Of a stretch of DNA of 64,000 bases, positions 57,185-64,000 are shown piece by piece. Positions within the stretch are counted from its first letter, which is position 1, and every line of letters begins with the position of its first letter. The notes under the pieces are model-generated. The model searched no databases. It saw nothing but the letters and a program-made list of their open reading frames with translations, and was not told where the DNA came from. Origin of the DNA: Schizochytrium sp. TIO01 (Eukaryota > Protista > Bigyra: Labyrinthulomycetes); NCBI GenBank assembly GCA_004764695.1, contig SMSO01000031.1, positions 7,918,761-7,982,760 of the forward strand, read 5' to 3'. A program made the position numbers and the translations under genes.

Positions 57185-59012
57185 TTAAAAAATTGAAGCC
57201 TTCGAGCCAAGTGTATCCTTAAGCATTTGTTCTGCAGCTTCAGAAATTTCTGGTAAGGAGCCAAACTCGATCATAGTAAGGTTCTTGGAGAAATTTGCGA
57301 GGTCATAGATACATGAGTCATCGAGCTTTTTGCAGCCACTAAGATCAATCTGCTCGAGCTGAGGACAGCCCTTTGCAATTGCGCTGATTGACTTGCTTGT
57401 AATAGAATCACAGGAGCGAACATCTAGCACTCGCAAGTGAGGGCAATGGCGAGCAATAGCTTCAATTGCGTTATCGTCAATCTTACAGGCAGAAACATCA
57501 AGAGCACGCAAAGTCGCGCCACATCCTTCCGCCAATGACTCAATGCCAAAATTGGAAATTTTGAAGCATCGATGAACATTCAAGCTCTCCAGTTGCTTAC
57601 AGTGTTGGGAAAGATGCACCAAGCTCACGTTTGTGAGCTCGAAGCAGCAATGCACAGTGAAGTGTTTCAAGGTTGCTCCGCAGCCGCGAGCAACTGCTTC
57701 TACACCACGATCAGAAATTTGACGGCAACACATCACGCCAAGCTGCTCGAGCTTATTGCAATTTTGCGCAAGGGCAAACATGACGTCATCCGAAACATTT
57801 GCAAAACCAGTGGAACCAATGTCGAGAGTCCGAAGGTTCTTGCACACGCGTAACAGGTTAATCAGTACCTCGTCCTCCATATTACAGCATCGAAGATCGA
57901 GGTGTTCAAGATTGGGACAGCGAGAGGCAAGCCTTGTCAAGGAAGTTGCAGCTTCAATATTTGCCACACGTTTGCAAGCACGCAGGCGCAATGAGCGCAG
58001 GTTTGTACATGTTTCTGCCAGAATATCGACAGACTTGGTTGCAATCCTGGAGCATCCGCTTAGATCGAGAGATTCCAAATCTACCGTATTTCTTGCAATC
58101 AACTGTACTCGTTCGTCCACCATATTAAAGCATCCAGCAGCATTAATATGGCGAACGTTGCGGCAGCGACGAAGAAGCCAAATAACATGTTCTTGGTTCC
58201 AACGGTGATCCCAAACGATGTGTGAGATAGTGAGAAGCGCCTCATTATTTTTCTCAAAAAACCTATTGCAAACTTCTCGAGCTTGAAAGATCTCAGTCAT
58301 ATCCAAATATGAGCAGAGTGTTGGCCACATATCGCCACCCATGACACCAAATAGTAGACAGGAGTCATTGGGATCCTTTGCATTTGGATCCATACGGCTG
58401 CGTTTGCGTGTTTCTGCCCCAGTTTCCACGTCAGTTTCGTCCTCTCCGCCAGCACGAGTAACAGATAGACCATCGCACAAGGGGGATCCATCTTCTGCAT
58501 CGCCCTCAGCGCCAGGGTCCATTTCTCCGTCAAGTTCAGGGTTGAAGTGATCGAGGGATTGCGTAGCTTCCGGTTGACCATCCTGGTTTCTTTGCGATGA
58601 ACGTTTCGTGCCACGAGAGGTCTGTGAGCTTTCGTACGGTGCGTCGCCGATCATTTGCGCGTGCGCCGGAAGGCCACCAATCGGCCGAAGTCCACTTGAT
58701 GATGACGATGAAGAACTACCTTGCCCTGCTGAAGTAGCAAAAAAAATCTCAGCGGGAACTTGTTGTGCATTTGCAGCGCCTGTAGTGGATACAACTTCAA
58801 ATCCTTGCGGATGATTGTTTTGAACATTTCTCGCGGCAGGCGATGCCTCGCACAGCATTTGCGCAAGAAGAATTGCGGGAGAGTCCTCTCCTCGACGCAT
58901 GCTCTGGCCATTCGGAGATGGAGTATTCAGGACTCTCCGGCGGATTTGTCGCTGCTGAGATTGTTCTTGCTGTGGAGTAGCTGCAGCAGTCGAAGTTGAT
59001 GAGGTAGACATT

Positions 59013-59047
<35 letters not shown>

Positions 59048-60335
59048 GACAACTTGTCGGGGAGGAGACATGGATGGAACGGGTCCACCTGTGACTGTTG
59101 AGTTAGCAGCCTGAGTGGGAATGATAGAAACTGCGTTTGCAGGTACGGGACCTCCAGGTGTCATAAATGTTCCGTTGTGAGCACCAACGGCCCCCGCTGC
59201 AAAACGTCTCTGCATTTCGAGTTGAGCTTGTTGCAAACTTATGCCATACCAAGGCATACTCGGAGGAATATTAGTACCATTGTTGGTGTTGGTGTTATTA
59301 TTATTATTGTTGTTGCTGCTGCTGCTCCCATCAACGGCCGGGACATTGTTACTATTGTTGTTGCCGCTTCCATTCACAATAGTCCCAGAGCTGCTATTAG
59401 ATGCACTGGTTGGTCCACGTGCCTGCACAGAAACTTGTTGTTGTTGTTGTTGCTGCTGCTGCTGCTGCTGCTGTTCAATGGAATTTGATGATACAATTGC
59501 GTTCTGTGCGGGGCTTGAGGGCGAACGAACAGGACGAGATGGCGTGGGTGAAGGCAAAAAGCCATGGAAATAACGATTCTCGCCTGGAGGTCCTGACATA
59601 GGGTTGACAGCATAGAGATCACCCATGTTACCGACTAAACCAACTTGAGCTTGCACAGGTCCGCCCATCATAACAGGCGTTGCTCTATGGGGCGTGGCGC
59701 GATTGTGGCGAGGGCGAGTGGATGACATTGAATTGTATGTGGGGAGAGTCGCATCATTTGCATTACTATTGCTGCTGCTGCTGGTGTTATGATGGTGATG
59801 ATGATGGTGATGACCGCTGGCGCGGTTTGAGTTTGATCCTGAAGCGTAGCGCTTACTGTTCCGCTTCTTGCGAGATCGCGACCTCCCGATAGGTTGTTTT
59901 TCGAAGCGCATGGGCCTCTTTAGAGTCAGGCGAGTAAATTGTGAATTCATATTCGAGAAAAAAAGAGTGTTGAGGGTTTCCAAAGAATATACGATCACCT
60001 TGTCGGAGTTTTCTTTCTGTATCAGGTTGAAGTTTGTCCCCATTCACAAATACACCGTTGACTGATTTGTTATCACGAACTTGCCACCATGTCTCCAATT
60101 CCTCCTTAATGCCCTCATCGGTAAGTTTTTGCACTCTTGCACCTTTGCAATGCTGGAACTTGGCATGAACACGCGACAAGAAGCTCGGGTGCTCGTCTAC
60201 ATACAAAAACACATCACATATATCGCCGTTCCGGCCAACTTTCATTTCATTCACTTCATCATTTCTGCCAGGAAGTCTGAACGAAGTCGGTGTCGCACCA
60301 TCAACAGGTCTCTTAAGTCTCAAAACCGCTGTCAT
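57185..60335 (-). CDS. FHA domain + low-complexity linker + F-box + cysteine-containing LRR protein
   Basis: ORF 60335-59853 is an FHA domain (VGR, LSRVHA, DNKSVNGVFVNG, LRQGDRIFFG). The overlapping ORF 60043-57185 has polyH/Q/N tracts, an F-box-like segment (LCSYLDMTEIFQAREVCNRF) and many LxxLxLxxC repeats. They join by a +1 shift or a candidate 40-nt intron 59856-59817. Confidence 0.85.
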
Positions 60336-61422
60336 CGTCCACCCCTCTTTGATTCTAACGGTTCACAATTAGCTAGTCTAAAACTCTTGGCGAGAACCGT
60401 GTACTCGAACCTAACTAGGTACGAATCCTTGACGCCAGTCTGAGAGCGCTCTCACCTGGACAGATCTTGATCTATGAGCGGCCTCCCTTCTGCAAATGAA
60501 GAGAAGTTCTGATGTAAGACGCCGTTCCTTGATGTCTGATCCAACGACTCCTACAGAGAGTATAATCTCGCTCTCGGCTCCGCTATTTTATTCAACAAAA
60601 TTGGCTCGCCCAGCAAAATATAAATGGAATAATAATAACAAACAATGATGAAAGCAGAAAGAGTAGGAAAGAGAGAACGATTAAAAGAAGGAGCGCCAGA
60701 AGCCTCCACAATCCGCGACGCCTCGAGCCCTACTCGGGGTTCCGGTACACTGTAGAGTCAGGTTCGAGGTTTAAACTGCGCAGGCCCTCGGTCCCGAGCG
60801 CTTCTCAGTGCTTCTGAGCGTCCTCCAAGGCGCGATTGAAGTAGTTTCACCAAAATTCAAAAGATCAAATTCGAACGCCCGATACGTCAACCTGTCCACG
60901 AAGCGTGAGCTGGCGCGGTGTAGGCGGTGCTACGCTGCTGGTCGTAGACTCGCGGTCCTTCCTCTATCCTCCGCCGCGTCCTCGGCTTCCGCAGCTCCTG
61001 GCGGCGGCAACGCGGCTCGTTGTGGGTCTGCTCGCTGCCCGCCCGGCCCCAGTTTCCTCTATATAATGCTACCTAACTCTTATCTGCCGGCCCGAGCCCG
61101 CCCAAGCCTCGCCGCCGCCAAGGCCAGCTAGCGGCCTCGGCAGCTCGGCAGACAGCAGGGGGTCGCGCGGGGCCCTCCCGGGGGCCTTCGCGGCCTGCCT
61201 GCTGCGCCGCAGGAGGCCTCCCGCTGCAACGGGGCCGCACGGAACGCGCGAAGATGGGCGTGAAACGAAGCAAAGGAAAAGAGACGAAGAAGAAAGGAAA
61301 GTAAGGAAAAGAAAGGAAGAAATCATTAGCGCTTTATCCTACGAGTATCTAATAGCACATATATGACCCAACAACAACAACACAAAATAAAAATGAAATC
61401 TACAAAATTAAAACATTCTTTC

Positions 61423-61511
61423 GAATGTGATGAATGTGATGAATGTGATGAATGTGATGAATAGAGTGAACAAAAGACTGTTTAAGTTTGAATTGTTTTT
61501 TCATGTATACA

Positions 61512-61543
<32 letters not shown>
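61423..61543. repeat. (GAATGTGAT)4 tandem repeat and (TACA)n microsatellite
   Basis: 9-mer x4 at 61423-61458 and a TACA run at ~61506-61543, read directly. Confidence 0.9.
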
Positions 61544-62557
61544 CAATTCCTCTTTTCTTCAATTTCAATTTTCACTTACCTGCCTAAGAGTGGATAGGCG
61601 GAGTATACGCCCGGAAGCTCACTTATCATTTTTTTTAAATGAAAAAATTCTCTTCTTAGACTTATTAGAGAGAGAGAAACTCACTTCACTTCACTTCCCC
61701 ATCTTGACTCGCCCTAGTCATCGTAGAGTAAACGCTAGGTAGCGCTAGCTTCCAAAGCATGATTTCCCTCCTTTAAAAAACTCTCTTAGGTCCAGGAGCA
61801 GCTGTTCTTTGCGTTCTTTTGTAGGCCCAACGCGCCCTTTCTGCAACTCGCAAACCTCACTTGCGGACGGGCCTCGTAAGTGGGATATACCTCCCGCAAA
61901 CAGAGACTTAGAAATGGAACAAATGCAGAATGGGGAAGTACAAAGCGCCTTGCGCTGGTCTCCAGTGCTAGCGTTTGCGCTAACTGTTCCTACCCCCTAG
62001 CTCTTATCGTTTCTATCTTCTATTTGGCTTTGCTCATCAAAGACAAAGAGAGAAACATTGGAAAGGAAAAGAGAAAAGAGAGCTGGTAGGTAGGTAGGTA
62101 CTAGGAACTGCTACCTGGTGCTCTGTGGAAGAAGAGGCAGGAAGAACGCGAGGCGAGGGGGCTAGAGAGGACTAGGGATTAGGGTAGGAGGCTGGCGACT
62201 TCGAAAGGGCGCCTGAGGATGCGTGGCACTCACGCATTCGTTGATTTCCAAGGTCAAAGACTGAGTGATTGATTGATAGATAAGCTATCAAACTTGGAGA
62301 GTCTAGGTCGCCCAAATCTCTGCCAGAAGTTTGGAGCGTCCTCAGGAGCAGCAGCAGCTCCTGAGGCTGGCATTCTGTTTTATCAGTTTGCTTATTTGTT
62401 TGTTTATTTGTTTGTTTGGTTTATTTGTTTTGGGGTGACTAAGGATCAACAATATGTACTATGTATATGCTCTGAGAGCTGCTTTTTTAGTTGATAAAGT
62501 GGGCTTTACTTCCCTCACTACAGGCATATGGCAATTCTGGTGATTTATGATTCACGA

Positions 62558-63652
62558 TCACGAAAGGTTGTGAGGGTTGAGTGCTGCTGACAACATCAGG
62601 AACAATGCAAGTTGGATGGAAATAGGCAGCTCCTTCTGGAAAGGTTCTGCAGGAGACAGGGCTCGGGCACCAGCAATTGGGTATGATTGTAGGGAGTCGA
62701 GTATGAACAGGTTGACTCCGACGCCCAAACGATGAGCAACTTGAAAGAGTTGACCTCGATGAACTTCAAGTGCTCGAAAACCACACACTCGCTCAACAAA
62801 CCAGGTCACTCAACAAGTACGTATGTAGGAGCTAGATACTAGGAACCTACGACTTCCGCAATGCATGCAAATTAATTTTCCGTGCCAGTTCACAGCGCAG
62901 GCTGTGACTCGGAGAGCCTCGGAGCCTCGCACGGCTTTCTTGCTGATGGATTCTCAAATAGCCTGCTTGCGAGGTTCCAACAAGTTGGCTGCCACTTTGA
63001 GCACAGGTTTGTAGCAACAACGATGATGGGGGCTCTATTCTGGGTCACCAGTGTAATACCACTTATATGCAAGGCTACCCAAATCTGGCCTCTTCGAACA
63101 CCCACAACGTAGTGATTGAGCACTTTTTCCAGGTGATCATGAAAGTCGGGACGTGAGTGCTATGTACTTTAGATCACAACAAAGAACCTGGAGGAGAGTT
63201 GTGACAAGTTGCGTCCACAACCAGGGTGTACAGACCAAGTGATTCTGGGATGCCATAGTAACATCCCTTTATCATGCAGAATTCGTTTTACCTGGAAACA
63301 AAAGCTACATCTCAAATTGAATAAACGGCACTGGGATATTTTCGATATTATTGCGCAAAAACCAGTTGCGCAATGTAGCATCAGCGCACCCGCTAATAAT
63401 GCGTGTTGTGCATTCCTCAAGACTGCCTCATAAGAAGCGTAGATTTTATTTTACGAGGTCTATGGCAGTGTAGTCGCCAAAGAAACGTGTCCCTTGTGGT
63501 TTGGACCAAACCACAAGGACTGCGCGCATACGCTGGTCGTGAGCCCAACCGACAGTTTCACTTTTGAGTGCAGTGAGGCGGCTCACGTCGATTGCAGAGT
63601 TCTGGATTGATACTGATGCCGGTGGTGGGAGGAGACTCCCCTTCCATGCCAA
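62558..63652 (-). mobile_element. Heavily degraded Ty3/gypsy-like reverse transcriptase remnant
   Basis: Minus-strand fragments appear in RT order across stops and frameshifts: AVLVVWSKPQGTRFFGDYTAID (cf. PVxxVxKxDGxxRFxxDYRxxN), LEECTTRIISG...ATL/HCATGFCAI..SQ (cf. LEE...GA...LDxxxGFxQ), DFHDHLEKVL, and ISGI/GDPE. No intact YxDD and no LTRs were found. The boundaries are approximate. Confidence 0.45.
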
Positions 63653-64000
63653 AAGCTCTTATGCGCATTATTGCTCACCGCATAGAACCAGGAAAAATGT
63701 CTCAACCTCCAAGCTCCAACATGGCTGATGAAAGTCATCACTATATCTCCATCCCTGTAGCTATCTTTAATTTCTCAACGAATATCCCAAATCAGAAAAA
63801 TATTCAGCCTGCATGATCGATGAAATCACAAAGGCGGAAAGTTTTAGAAGCTCGTGTTTTACAATCTCTGAGCGAATAAAGGATGCTGAAGTATGGTTGT
63901 CTACTCGCCCACAAAAAGCAAAAGAAATGAAAAAACAGGATAATTTGCCGCTGCGGCGTCTTTCAGTGCACGATACGCTGCAACGTACAATTGAGAGTTA

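Overview
Eukaryotic nuclear DNA with standard code, long exons, few GT-AG introns (mostly GTACGT donors near 5' ends) and microsatellite-rich intergenic DNA. Gene content (ciliary CC2D2A, mitochondrial but no plastid presequences) and style suggest a flagellated heterotrophic protist, possibly a thraustochytrid/labyrinthulomycete stramenopile; this is inference. I can support 17 protein-coding genes: an mL53-like mitoribosomal protein, a mitochondrion-targeted stand-alone Ffh/SRP54 M-domain protein, two tandem YciI proteins, a WD40-less WDR59, a coiled-coil/zinc-finger protein, CC2D2A, a compact NO VEIN/DUF3883 protein, a PNPase with two S1 domains, a myristoylated PP2C, an F-BAR/2xSH3 protein, YaaA with a basic tail, a CDK9/CDKC-like kinase, TRAPPC8, mitochondrial IF3, a coiled-coil hypothetical and an FHA-F-box-LRR fusion. 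There is also a ~7 kb ORF-poor stretch and a probable decayed Ty3/gypsy RT fragment at the right end. The most interesting signals are the SRP M-domain mitochondrial protein (visible only after splicing two ORFs) within a cluster of four putative mitochondrial genes, four reading-frame breaks that are all +1, and several proteins with reduced or fused domain architectures. All family assignments come from motif recognition by eye; no searches were run.
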